A stretch of DNA of 64,000 nt from Octopus bimaculoides (lineage: Eukaryota), in assembly GCF_001194135.2 (NCBI RefSeq), contig NC_068984.1, forward strand, positions 43,290,890 to 43,354,889. The letters are read 5' to 3'. The notes under the pieces are model-generated. The model searched no databases and had not been told where the DNA came from. It saw nothing but the letters and a program-made list of their open reading frames with translations. Shown in pieces: positions 36,856-48,835 of this stretch. The first letter of the stretch is position 1; the number at the start of each line of letters is the position of its first letter. Position numbers and translations under genes: made by a program.

Positions 36856-37452
36856 AGTGGCTCTGTAATATTAACACCAACATATTACACAAGCGTACAC
36901 GGTCGCAAAGGGCAATCGTGTAAATACATTAGTGACGTATCGGATACCTAACTATTAAATGTGTCTTTTAAAGGTAAGTAATTTCTGCTACTTCATGAAA
37001 AATTAGTCCTCGACATTTCTTTCGAACCTATGATATTTTCTATCTCTCTTCCAGAATTGCGAAGGCGTATCTATCGAAACGTGTCGTGATATGGCAACAA
37101 CAAGATAAGCAACACTTGTTTATGTTGACATCATTTTTGATTTACGGAATACTTTCTAGTATTTAGGCAAGGTATTTCTCTAAAAGATTTTTATTAAGAT
37201 AAATCTGTCAAGATGTTCTATGGTCGCATGGAATATATTTACACTCTAAGTGCGTATTGACGAAATAAGAGAGCGTCATCTTAATCACTTGGTTCGTTAT
37301 CATCCGATAAGATCATCCTCTCCTATTTCTTTGAATTCTTGTTCTACGTATTTGTTTTGATTATCAGCTGGAGTATACAAAGCTTAAATCCTGTCTAGAT
37401 AAATATTAATACTTTATAGCCTGGTTTCTTTCTGAACTATTCTCTTGTTGTT

Positions 37453-37497
<45 letters not shown>

Positions 37498-38172
37498 ATT
37501 TGTGTGTATGTGTGTGTGTGTATGTGTGTATGTGTGTGAGCGTGAGTGTGTGAATGAGACATGAGCATCTATGTACACAATCACACAGGAAAGGAAATAG
37601 TGGTTCAAAATGGTAAATTAAAGTATAGACGTTGAAACAATTGACAAGTAAAAACACAATTGCATTCAAATTAGTATTGTTGGCCAGTACATATGTAATT
37701 TGCCATGATTTAGACTGAGAAGACAACTAAAACCAGAAGATTACAGGATGTTCGCGTCATTCCAACACCCATACAGATGTGTTTAACGAGAGGGTGGTAC
37801 ACCGAATCCAGAATCAGCTTCTCTCACTTGACTCTAAAACAAAGGGCGTTGTCGGCCATGAAAATGAGCTGCCATTTCCCTACTTTACACTTACATAATC
37901 ATGAACATAATTTTCTGAATTAATTTAGTCACACCATTTCTAAGCGACTTACAATCTCATGTATATCAATAAAATACACATAAGCTGCAGAACGCGCGCG
38001 CGCAAGCACTCACAGATACACAGACATACACGCACAAACACTCACACTTACACACACACTTACACACACACACACACACACACTTACACACACACATACA
38101 CACACACATATGCACGCACGCACGTACGCACACACACTGGTTTCAAAAGTGTGGCATATGTGTATGTATGTT

Positions 38173-38218
<46 letters not shown>

Positions 38219-39243
38219 ATTGGGAACTACAAAATCTTATGCATTTATTTGATTAAACACCAGATATATGCAAACAAGGGTGGATCAAAAATTTTAATTG
38301 AATTGCACTCAACAAAACAGAATTTATAAAGAAGTTCTTCATACTTCCCAAAGAAGGTATTTAATGTAGACTATATGGCAGAAAATGTTTCTGACATTTG
38401 CTCCAATTCTGATATTCTTCATGATGTTATAAAATTTGGTGTAAGTGGCAGATGCATCTAGGAATTATGAAATATCGCTCGAAAGATATATTTACCTATT
38501 ATCTATTTATTTATTTTATTTGCTTTTTACCTTCAAGTTCAGCTAGAATACGCTTTCAGTAAAGGTAGATTATCTTCAAAATAAACAAATAAAATGATAA
38601 AGAAAGAAAAAAATTAAAGACCCATGTTTATGCTGGACATTAATCTTGGGCGGTAGACTTAATTTGTCGCTGACACCTAGGGTGCTTTTAGCGGAGTGCA
38701 CTCTCTTACAAGCATTTAGAGAGGGTCTCCAGTTTGAGGATATCTTCCTACATACTAGTCTTAGAGATCCTACAAAGGATCATGGCCACTGCCTTTCCTC
38801 CTGACTAGAATGAAAAAAAAGAATGAAAAAAAAATTATCTTACCAGTTACAAGGGTGGCATAGAAAACTATAAAACACTTCGCCTTCGGCTTTTTATTCA
38901 GACTGAAAGAAAACTGACTAAACTTCACCAACAATTAGCATGAATTCAAAACTTACTCGCTAGTCATGTATACTTAAGGATGTATTACGTATCAACCAAT
39001 TAGCAAAATTCTCAACATTCTCAATATCCTGTTCATCCTGGTCACATCAACGTTTCAGTATTGCCGAGACGCAAGGTACATTTGGAAATGTGTTTTGGTG
39101 GTAGATATTCTGTATAGTGTCACGATGGCGATATATACTTGTTTATCTATCTGGAAAATGCTCTTATAACTAGTGTCATTTCTATCTGAAAGAACTTGCA
39201 CGTTTCTAAATATGCATACATTGACAAGTGCATTCACAGACTC

Positions 39244-39331
<88 letters not shown>

Positions 39332-40696
39332 CGCGCACAAGCTAATGAGACACTTCTTAGTGGTTGCTCGATCTTCTAGAAATACACTCTATCTTTCAAT
39401 TTGATAATGTATTCGTAAATATTCTATGGTTGAATAAGAGACAGAATGGTCACCGGTAGAACATCTTTTATCATTGGTCTATTAACTTCGAGCTTATCTG
39501 GGCAATAATTTGGTTTGTGGTGAGAAGGATGGTGTTGCTATCGAGCAAAATAATAGGCTTTTCTAACGAAACGATTTCAATTCAGAATTTGTAGCTCACG
39601 ACACAGAATAAAAAATGACGCGAAAACTCTTTAACTAAATACAAAGTAAATTTTATATGGAAAGTAGAGTATAGTCATATGATTCAATACCAGATTCTCA
39701 CTAGTATTGTATATAGAACATGGTGATTGAGGATGGCAAACAGCAAAAATGAATCGGGTGGTTTGTTCTTGAGTGTGAAAGCTGTGTAAGCAAATACTGT
39801 AGTTAACTAATCGTTTCATTGAAACCATAATTTCCATCTACATCTTTTAACTAGCGTACAGGAAGTAAAATTATTTCCTTTACTGTTTAGTAGGAATTTA
39901 TAATGGCGTAAAGTGAGATCGAATTTCTGAACCGTAACCTAAAATTGTGACTCGTCAAAGTTGTAAAATTCTCAGATTATTTATTAGTCTGTCTCAAAAA
40001 GAACAGTACCATAAACTCTTTCCAGCTCTTCTGGATGAGAAAAGGGAATAGTAATGAGAATGATGTCATTTATTTTTAGTTTTAGAAGGAAAGATGAAGA
40101 TGAGGAATGAATTCCAAAAGTCTGAAGTTTGGTGGGAGAAGAAAAAGAGTTTAGAAAACTGTTGAATATTCGGTCTGGTTTGAGGTTAGAAAAGTAAGGA
40201 ATGAAAAGAACGAGGAAAGCATTGCAATATGAATGGTCGATGTAATGTTGATAAATTCACAAGAGCAGAAGCCGTAGTTGTCGAAATAGAAGAGAGACAG
40301 GTAACGGACACAGTGATCGGTGAGCGAGTGGTTGTAGCGCTTTAAGGTTTGAAGGTTTGAAGGTTTGCAGGTCAAGTGAATTAACATTTTGAATGAAGTC
40401 TTCCTAGTACTAAGTGACACTTTAACGATTGGCCTTATACCTAATTAAAATAGAAAAAAGTCTTTATTACCAAGCAAAGGAAGAATTTGACTTATATGTC
40501 ATTTAGTATGTGGCAATCGATGAAGAGTATAAAGTAACTCCCTGAAAAATATAATCCTTGACCCAAGATATGATTTTAGGTTATAAAGCTTTTCGCCTTC
40601 CTTAAGCTATTAATATTCTTGAGAGAAACCTTCGTACCACATAATCACTTATATTTTCTCTAATAAATTAGAAGCTTTCTCCTTTTTTAATCACTA

Positions 40697-40880
40697 TAGT
40701 GATCCCTCGCCATATCGCGGTTCACCTATTGCGGTTCACCTATTGCGGTTCACCTATCGCGGTTTATTATTTATGCTTACGCCGATTCCTCCGTTGTGTT
40801 GTTTTGCATTTATAATAAAATAAATATATACAAATTATGAAAAAAAAAAAAAAAAATACAGTACTATTTTTATTTCGCGG
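40697..40880 (+). mobile_element. Truncated Tc1/pogo (Tigger-like) MITE end with a 14-bp internal tandem
   Basis: ta|(t)agtgatccctcgccatatcgcggttcacc resembles Tigger/pogo TIRs; gcggttcacctat(t/c) x3; second TIR not seen. Confidence 0.5.
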
Positions 40881-40936
40881 GTGCACCAGCATGACCGCAG
40901 CCACTTGGCTGAAACACATAAATAAATAAATAAATA
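40880..40936 (+). mobile_element. Tail-only CR1/SINE-A 3' end
   Basis: gtgcaccagcatgaccgcagcc...ggctgaaacacat followed by (AAAT)n. Confidence 0.65.
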
Positions 40937-41664
40937 CCTGAGTAAAGCACTTTTTAATTAAAGTTTTTGTGCGTGTGCATATGTACTTATCTATGTGTAA
41001 GTGTGTGTTGCATCAGGTGCTTATCTTGGCGTGTATTCATCTAGATCAAGTTGTAATCTTTCTAGATATACTCGCATATACCATCTAGTCTATGTCGCAT
41101 TTTTCATGTCTTTTGATACAGAGTAGTTTACTAATTCTCTTGTGTACTTGGATTCACATGCATATGTTTATGTATACATGTATAACATCTCAATGTGTGG
41201 GTGGTAGCTATTAGTTCATCAAATTTGCATGTTTATACTATCTGTTTATTTCAACAGGAGTTCATGGAATATTCATTAACCTGCGTTGGCAAACGCGTAT
41301 GCCGGTACTTGCTAGGTTGACTTGTTAGGAACATCAGCCATATCACTCTCCTCGCTTTCTACCCTTCTAAATAAAGGAACAATATACTCCCCGATATTCA
41401 AAAAGACTGGATATTTACGGCGGGAATGTTTTTAATCATATGTATACTCAATCGGAGTTGAGCTGGGACTAAACAACTGATGAAAACTAAGTTTCTGATG
41501 AGCAGCGTGTGCAATACATGTTTCGACTCTCGGTTGTATATCACTAACGGCAGGATTATCCATTCTCCTAACCCTAATGGTTCTGAAGTCGTATGTCTAA
41601 TACAAGAAATTAATACATTCAATGTAGGGTGATGTGGACAAAAGTGCATAAATAGACTTTAAAT

Positions 41665-41961
41665 CAGGAGTTCCCAACCGGGTCCACAGAAGCTTTAAGG
41701 GGGTCCAAGAGTAAAAACTTGTAATTTGTGGGTCCATATATAAATTTTGCTTACTAGGAGAGGTACCTGTATTTATTGAAATTTTCAAGATTTGTGTTTG
41801 GAATTTATGTTATGAATATAACGAAATTGTTTCATTGTTAGTTTTTACTAACCTACAAACAAATATTTTTTTTCAAAAATTTACATGCGCATATATGGGG
41901 TCCACAGATGATAAGATAGCTCTCAGGGGGTCCACAAGCAAAATAAGGTTGGGAACCCCTG
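41665..41961. mobile_element. hAT-Charlie-type MITE (297 bp)
   Basis: TIR caggagttcccaacc / ggttgggaacccctg; TSD ctttaaat / atttaaat fits NTNTANAN. Confidence 0.9.
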
Positions 41962-42264
41962 ATTTAAATGAATAAAAGATAAATCTACAATGGGTTAGGG
42001 TATTAATAGCCAACAGTAATTACCTTCGCCAAAATTACCCATTTCAGATAGTTTGACAGCATGAAGCATTGGAATACAATCTCCAGTACACAGATATGAT
42101 AAAGGACTTGCATCAGCTAATTTTGTGTTAGTGTCAATATCTCTCACTCAGCCATTTTATCTGTCTTGTGATTTTTCTAATTGTGTAGAAAATCCGAGTT
42201 TATATATGAAAGTTTTATTACCATTTTTTATAGTGGGCGGTCATCGTTATATATACATTTATTT

Positions 42265-42642
42265 TATTTCTGTCATTGAGCTGTGAACATGTCGGAGCAC
42301 CATCTAAGAGGGTTTAGACGAACAAATTGACCTCAGTGCTAATTTTTTAGAAAGCCTGTTACTCATTATATCGGTCAGTTTTACTGGATTGCTAAGTTAT
42401 GGAAACATAAACAATTTAGCACCGTTGTCAAGCGATAGAAGGGGCAAACACAAACCCAAACACACATGCGCACGTGACAGGTTTCCACACAGTTCCCGTC
42501 TACCAAATTCATTTCTTACAAGCAACTTGTCGGCCTGTGGCTATAGTAGAAGACACCTACCCAAGGTGTCGCGCTGTGAGATTGAACCCCAAACCATTTA
42601 CTTGCAAAGCGAGCTTCTCAACTATACAACCATGTCTGCGCC
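42265..42642 (-). mobile_element. Diverged SINE family A
   Basis: ctgtgaacatgtcggagcacc...ccgtctaccaaattc...gctatagtagaagacacctacccaaggtgtc...gcgcct. Confidence 0.8.
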
Positions 42643-42699
42643 TGTATTGTAGCTATTTTGAAAAAAAAAAAAAATGCTGTGTATAATATGTCATTATGT

Positions 42700-43119
42700 C
42701 ATTGTTTCCGAATCAGATACTTTCTGGATTGACTCTGCCTTGCATCTCCTATCCTCCAATACAAGCCTGAGACGATTAACTGCTACTGTCTCCTCATAAC
42801 AGATGTTTTGTTCTTCGATAAAAGAATTATCAATAATGAAATTCTGTCCACTAATTTGTTGCATATTGCTATTTATTGGTGTTTCTAAATCGTAAGCATT
42901 CGTACGCAACGATAACGACTATCCCTCGTTGCAAGGGGAAAGATTTCCTGTTTACCCCGGAGGTGTATGAAATCAGCTGATAGATGCCATCCATCATACA
43001 GCCTGCAATCGGTAGCGTAGTCGGCGATGATTGGAAAATTACGATCTGAAGTATAATCTTGGAATCCGTTTTTTAGACGCACACAGACATACACAGATAT
43101 TCACACACCAAAACACACA

Positions 43120-43211
<92 letters not shown>

Positions 43212-44400
43212 CACATTCTGAAGGAGTGGAAGTTAGCAATGAAAATTAACAGATAACCTATCAATTTTATGATGCTGCCAGTGCTAACAATGATCAATTG
43301 TTCCTATCCTGCTGTATCTGATTTCCAGCCCTTGGGAAAGTTCATTGGTGTCGAAAGACTGCTAACTGTTGATTACTGACTGCTCACCATTTTTCCTTAT
43401 GACATAAGAGGAATGGTAAGTATCTTAGACCTTTGCACCTCCCACACCCTGAGATTGGTGAGATTGATATGGTAGACGTTAAACTTGAGTACATGCGCTC
43501 CCGTGCAGGATGTTTATAGGCGATTAGAGAATTTCAAAGGATTGACTTTCTGGGGAAGAACGATTGGGTACAGCGGTTGATGTGGGGGCCTGTGTGTGAT
43601 GCACAGTAAAGGGGAAGTGAGGAGGAGATGCTTCTATGTCGAGTAGCCCTGCGGGTGGTATGCAACTAGCTAGTTTATGGTACTAGTAGATTAAATAGGC
43701 AAAGGAAAAGAGGTGACAAAGCGTCTATAAGCCAAAAAAGTTTCGACTATTGGTGAATCTTTATCGATCATCCGAATGGTCATTGTCTTAAATGTAGATG
43801 TAATGCCCCCATATATAAAATAAGTCTTATTTTAACGTTCTACAGGCTGGACAGCTAACTATAACAAAAGTGTTTTTTGAAGAAAGCTAGTCTTTGGGGG
43901 TATATTTTTAGCTATGTTGTTTAGGTTCGACAGGAAAAACCATCGGGAATGATCTTCCAGATATAATGAATCCTAGCATTTGTAGCAAATTTAAAGGTTT
44001 AACTGAAATTATTGAATACTAGAGTGATACATGATTGTTTTATTGATTTGAGTAGTGATCCTGTCTTTGTGCTGTTGAAGAAAACAAGATTGCCTTATTC
44101 TCCTTGGACAATATTTTCAGGGTCTCTGTTTAGAGAGGCAATGCAGTTTTGATGAAAGGCGTCTATATTGTATGTTGACGAGGCCTTTATATTAAAGGTG
44201 AAAGAAGAATGAAAAGTGGTATTATCGGCACGGGAGCGCATGTTGTCAAAGATAACTAAACTTCCGATCCAAGAGGGATAAATGAGGTCCATATGTAGAT
44301 AAACTTATCTGGAAGATTCTATTGCCAGATACGGTCAAGTGCGTACATATTACTTTCGTTCTTCTTAAATGTAAAAAAACGTTCAATTGTTCCCCTTATT
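42700..44400 (-). pseudogene. Heavily decayed Penelope-like RT remnant
   Basis: In the expected order: ENIVQGE*GNLV (~ADKG..V), ARIHYIWKIIPDGFSCR (~FY.LPKIHK...RP), YI*DNDH (~YIKDT.H), LVTSF (~LVT.DV); the downstream 42700-43560 match is weaker. Confidence 0.5.
43122..43215. repeat. (CA)n microsatellite
   Basis: Direct inspection. Confidence 0.97.
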
Positions 44401-44840
44401 TACGATCTCTCACCTCATATCCACATATACATATAATCCTCCAAGAACAAGATAATGACACGATTCCCATAGGAATCGAATCATTTCAATTGCCCCACCT
44501 CTAGTGTGTTTTTTTTTACCCGTTATAATATACCGTATATACTCGAGTAATAGCCGATCTCATGGGAATATTCTATAGATTCTGTATAAAAGTTGACCCT
44601 AGTATTTCACGAATAACAGGTCAAAATGTATGAGTCAAGGTACTGTATTATCCTGCATATAGAAATAACACTGTTACAAAATTGAGTGGCTACCTAACTG
44701 TAGCCTGCTCTATAGGTTGAATGCTTAGTGCTTATAATGGAATGCTCGGTGCTTGTAGTAAAACTCCATTTAATAGCGAGCACTACGCATCTATTGATGG
44801 GTGCTACATTACAGGATATGCTGCAAGCCTGCATACATTT

Positions 44841-45180
44841 TCAAGCACAATAAACACATGCGTCATACACTCGTTGTTTACATGGTGGGAAATATGTTTC
44901 GCAGACAGCACTATTGGCGAACACTAGCAAACGCCACTGTCTGAATTCGTACAAAGGCTTGACTTTGGTAAGCCTAGAAACATTCAGTTAATTGCTAGGT
45001 CCGTGGTTCTATGCGATCTTTATATTTTCCTCATTTTCAAACGCAATAAACACATGCGTCATATGCTCGTCTGCTTGCATGGTGAGAAGCGTGTTTCACA
45101 GACAGCACTATCGGCGAACAACAGCAAACACCACTTCGGTAAGCCTAAAAACATTTAACTAATCGCTAGATCAGTGGTTC
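44841..45180 (+). repeat. Degenerate ~196-bp tandem duplication
   Basis: caataaacacatgcgtcata...cagacagcactat.ggcgaaca...ggtaagccta.aaacatt...gctag at 44841 and 45037. Confidence 0.85.
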
Positions 45181-45292
45181 CTAAACTTTTTTTTTGCTGC
45201 AGAATCCTTCGACATTATGTTTAAAAACGTGGAACTCCTGATAACGTTCAAGGAATCCTGGGGCTTTGCAGAACACACTTTGGGAATCCCTG
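45172..45292. mobile_element. Small hAT-Charlie-type MITE
   Basis: TIR cagtggttcctaaa / tttgggaatccctg; decayed TSD cgctagat / ctgcagat. Confidence 0.65.
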
Positions 45293-45395
45293 CTGCAGAT
45301 TAACAACTCTATACCACATTACGGACATTTACTGGAAACTGCACATGAGAGCTACGCGGTCTTGTTTATAAGTTTTGTTATTTACTAGGACGTGT

Positions 45396-45626
45396 TATTT
45401 CTTTACTACCTACAAGGGGCTACACACAGAGGGGACAAACAAGGACAGACAAACGGATTAAGTCGATTATATCGACCCCAGTGCATAACTGGTACTTATT
45501 TAATCGACTCCGAAAGGATGAAAGGCAAAGTCGACCTCGGCGGAATATGAACTCAGAGCGTAGCGACAGACGAAATACCGCTTAGCATTTCGCCCGGCGT
45601 GCTAACGTTTCTTCCAGAACGCCGCC
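45396..45626 (-). mobile_element. SINE family B with 15-bp TSD
   Basis: Same tail variant as 2436-2666; TSD tttactaggacgtgt at 45381-45395 and 45627-45641. Confidence 0.93.
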
Positions 45627-45888
45627 TTTACTAGGACGTGTGTTTTGATGCATAGAATCGGTAATGTAAGTGTAATTCGTTGCGTTTTTGTTTTATTTGT
45701 TTAGAGATCAGTTGAGCTTCCACTGTTGATACGGTACTTCGGATTCTAGCTTGAATTTCAGCCTCTCAAAAGTAGTATCCATGTAATAGCCGAACCCATA
45801 AATTTGACCTTAAAAAATGGTTTTAAAAATTCTTCTTTTACACGAGTATATGCGGTAAGTAATGATTTATCGCAATTATTTATTATTT

Positions 45889-46070
45889 AAAGCAGCAAGC
45901 TGGCAGAACTGTTAGAGCGTCGTAGAAAAATTCCTGACGATATACGTTCCGGATCTTTACGTTCTGAATTCAAATCACTCGGGTATCAACTTTGCGTTTC
46001 ATCCTTTCGGGGATGGTATCGACTTACGCCTTTCCTCAGAATTGCCAGCCTTGTGTCTAAATTAGAAATC
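45889..46070 (+). mobile_element. Diverged SINE family B
   Basis: aagctggcagaactgttag...gttctgaattcaaat...tttcatcctttcgggg. Confidence 0.8.
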
Positions 46071-46408
46071 ATTATTTACATTTGCATTATAGCAACTTCA
46101 TAAAAGGACATTATAATCAAAAACGTTTCATTATTGTCTTACATAAAATGTTGCCTATATGTATTTTATTGAGTTACTTGTGAGTTTCTTATTTCATTGA
46201 TTGAGAGTTATTGATCAATTATTAATCAATATGCAGTTATCCAGTCAGTCAGATTCAAAATAGGCACCCCAAGTTATGCGTGAGTTTGTATACGCACGCA
46301 TACATGTGATTGTGTTTGTGCATATAGATACGTGTGTGTGTGTGTCTGTATAGACAGACAGATATAGATGCACATGTGCGTATGGGTGTGTAAAAATATG
46401 CTAATGTG

Positions 46409-46476
<68 letters not shown>

Positions 46477-46759
46477 CTATTAAACCAACAACAACGATCG
46501 CCGGTGTTTTAATGGTGGCAGCTGATGAAAGAGATGTTTTTATGTGGCTTGCTTGTTTGTTGTACCTTGTTTATCATTTTGTCCATGTTCTTTTGCCACG
46601 TCATGTACCCAGTTATGTATCTATATGTACATGTAGATGAAGGTATGTACATACATGGACATATGTATGCATATACTCATATATTGTTTGTATATATATA
46701 TATATATATTATATATTATATATATGCATATATACATGCATATATGTACATACTTACAT

Positions 46760-47355
46760 ATATATGTATATATAAAAAAGAAAACCAAAAAATGGAACAA
46801 GAACGTAACAGGCGACCACAAAACATCCGGACAGTTAGACGATACAAAAAAAGGACAAGAAAAAACTAGGACGGGTCATTCGGAATTTTCTATCCTCAGT
46901 CGAGTTCCAGATTTTCTCAGCAGTTTCGGCCGGCATATATGGTTACAGGACGTCACAAAACGTAAGCAACATGAAATACGAAAACAACGTGGATTACGAA
47001 ATACGAAAACAACTCTGCAGGAATAGCCGGTTTCACTTTGTTGCTTTTGTTAGTAGTGTGCAATTATATTTTTAAAGTTAGTAGTAGAACTAAAACTAAT
47101 TTTTAAGTTGTGCCTATTAAAGAGCTTTCTATAATTATGATTGATTGGAAAATACCTATCTATAAGAGATAATAAATATCTGCCTATATTAAAGGTCAGT
47201 TCGAATGAGTAAGGTGGGGTGAACCAGATAATTTTCCTATTCCTATTTTGCTTTTTCTTTGTTACTGGACTAATAACAGGTATATAGGTTATTTCCTCGC
47301 TAAAACCACTATCTTTTAGAGCTTTATTATATACTGGAGCAACACTATTAAACAT
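46760..47355 (-). mobile_element. Penelope-like element fragment (RT thumb/linker ORF + terminal-repeat sequence)
   Basis: ORF 47050-47355 RNRKIIWFTPPYS...NIGRYLLSLIDRYFP...KLFNRHNLKISFS..NFKNII is the characteristic PLE 'IWFNPP' region; GIY-YIG domain absent; 46945-47015 shares acagga...acgtaa..aacatgaaatacgaaaaac with 48435-48490. Confidence 0.85.
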
Positions 47356-47810
47356 GTTTATATTGGAGGAGAGGCATATATATTTCTCATATATTTTATT
47401 ACTTTATACATTTTTTCTGTACATTATTTTTCACCCTTTATAATTGTGTAACTTATACGCGTGTAGTATATACCTAATCTGTATGTGCGTGCATATATAC
47501 ATGTGTACGAATGATTGTATATATACGAGTGCAAGACTCCACCTGTTGTACTTGTCTCCTTCCTTCATACATATATGTATGTATATACGTTTATATATCT
47601 GCAGGTGTAGATGTGTTTGACAGACAGGAGGGTGTATTTATGTATATACATATATAACTCATTTGTATATCCACGTATGTATGTGTGTATGCATGTAGAG
47701 ATGAGCGTAGTGATGCGTGAATGGGTATATATGCGTGTGTATGTGCGTGTATGCATAGACACATATATGTATATATGTGTGTTTGTATGTATATGTACAC
47801 GCGTGTGTGA

Positions 47811-47848
<38 letters not shown>

Positions 47849-48010
47849 GTATATATACATACATGTGTGTGTGTGTGCGTGCGTGCGCGTACGTGTGTGT
47901 GTGTGTGTATGTGTGCATATGCGGATTTTGTGAATGAAGTATTACTTTCCCCATACCTATTGGAGTAATTTCCCTTTATTCAACGGATTTTTCCCATAGT
48001 GTTTATCTTA

Positions 48011-48069
48011 ATAACCGATGAAATGCCGGAGCAGACTTCATCCCCGACATCTGAAACTCTGAGTTTTAT
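48011..48069 (+). ncRNA. Degenerate hammerhead-like motif
   Basis: ataa-CCGATGA-imperfect stem II (aatgccggag/ccccgacatct)-GAAAC-tctga-GTT-ttat; lies between PLE-derived segments. Confidence 0.28.
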
Positions 48070-48156
48070 GACAACCAACTAATTGTCACATTATATTTAT
48101 GGATAAATTGATCTATTTACATAATATCGAGGTCTCATTCATTCTATTTTTTGTCA

Positions 48157-48208
<52 letters not shown>

Positions 48209-48429
48209 TTATTGAATGCTACGTATCCATTTCCAAGTAAGTTTACCTATATATNNNNNNNNNNNNNNNNNNNNNNNNNNNNNNNNNNNNNNNNNNNNNN
48301 NNNNNNNNNNNNNNNNNNNNNNNNNNNNNNNNNNNNNNNNNNNNNNNNNNNNNATATATATATATATATAATATATATAAATATATATGCATACATACAC
48401 ATATATATGTACATACATATGTTTGTATA

Positions 48430-48835
48430 TACATGCATATATGGGCACAGGATACCACGGAACGTAAATAACATGAAATACGAAAAACGAAAACATGGAA
48501 TACTAACCTTTTTGCGAACATTGAAAGAAACAATTGGAAAACAAGACAAGTAGCATGAAAAAAAAAAAAAAACGACCCTTCATCAGTTGTTGGCTGTTTT
48601 CCTACTTCGTATTTCGAGCAATTCACAAGATACGTTTTCGACATAACAGTTGCTCCCGCAAAGCAAATTAAATAAAATTTGGGATTTTGCGGAGGATCAA
48701 AGTTGGTAACAAAAACAAGACAGTGAAAACAAGCAGGAAGGGCTACTAAGCCCAGACGAGTTGAGTTGGTGAACGCGGAGAAACAAGCTCTGACAGGAGA
48801 CAGACAAAAATGCACCCCATCCCCGTGGCTGATCG
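48430..48835 (-). mobile_element. PLE-associated interspersed repeat
   Basis: Shares its first ~55 nt with the PLE terminal segment at 46945-47015; bounded by microsatellites. Strand inferred from that PLE fragment. Confidence 0.55.

Noticed and set aside
40715-40765. Short direct repeats suggestive of a CRISPR-like array
   Set aside because: 14-bp units are directly adjacent with no spacers; a slippage expansion inside a Tigger-like end in a eukaryotic context.
41490-41530. CTGATGA hammerhead-like core
   Set aside because: No GAAA and no stem I; a similarly weak case at ~49970 was also rejected.
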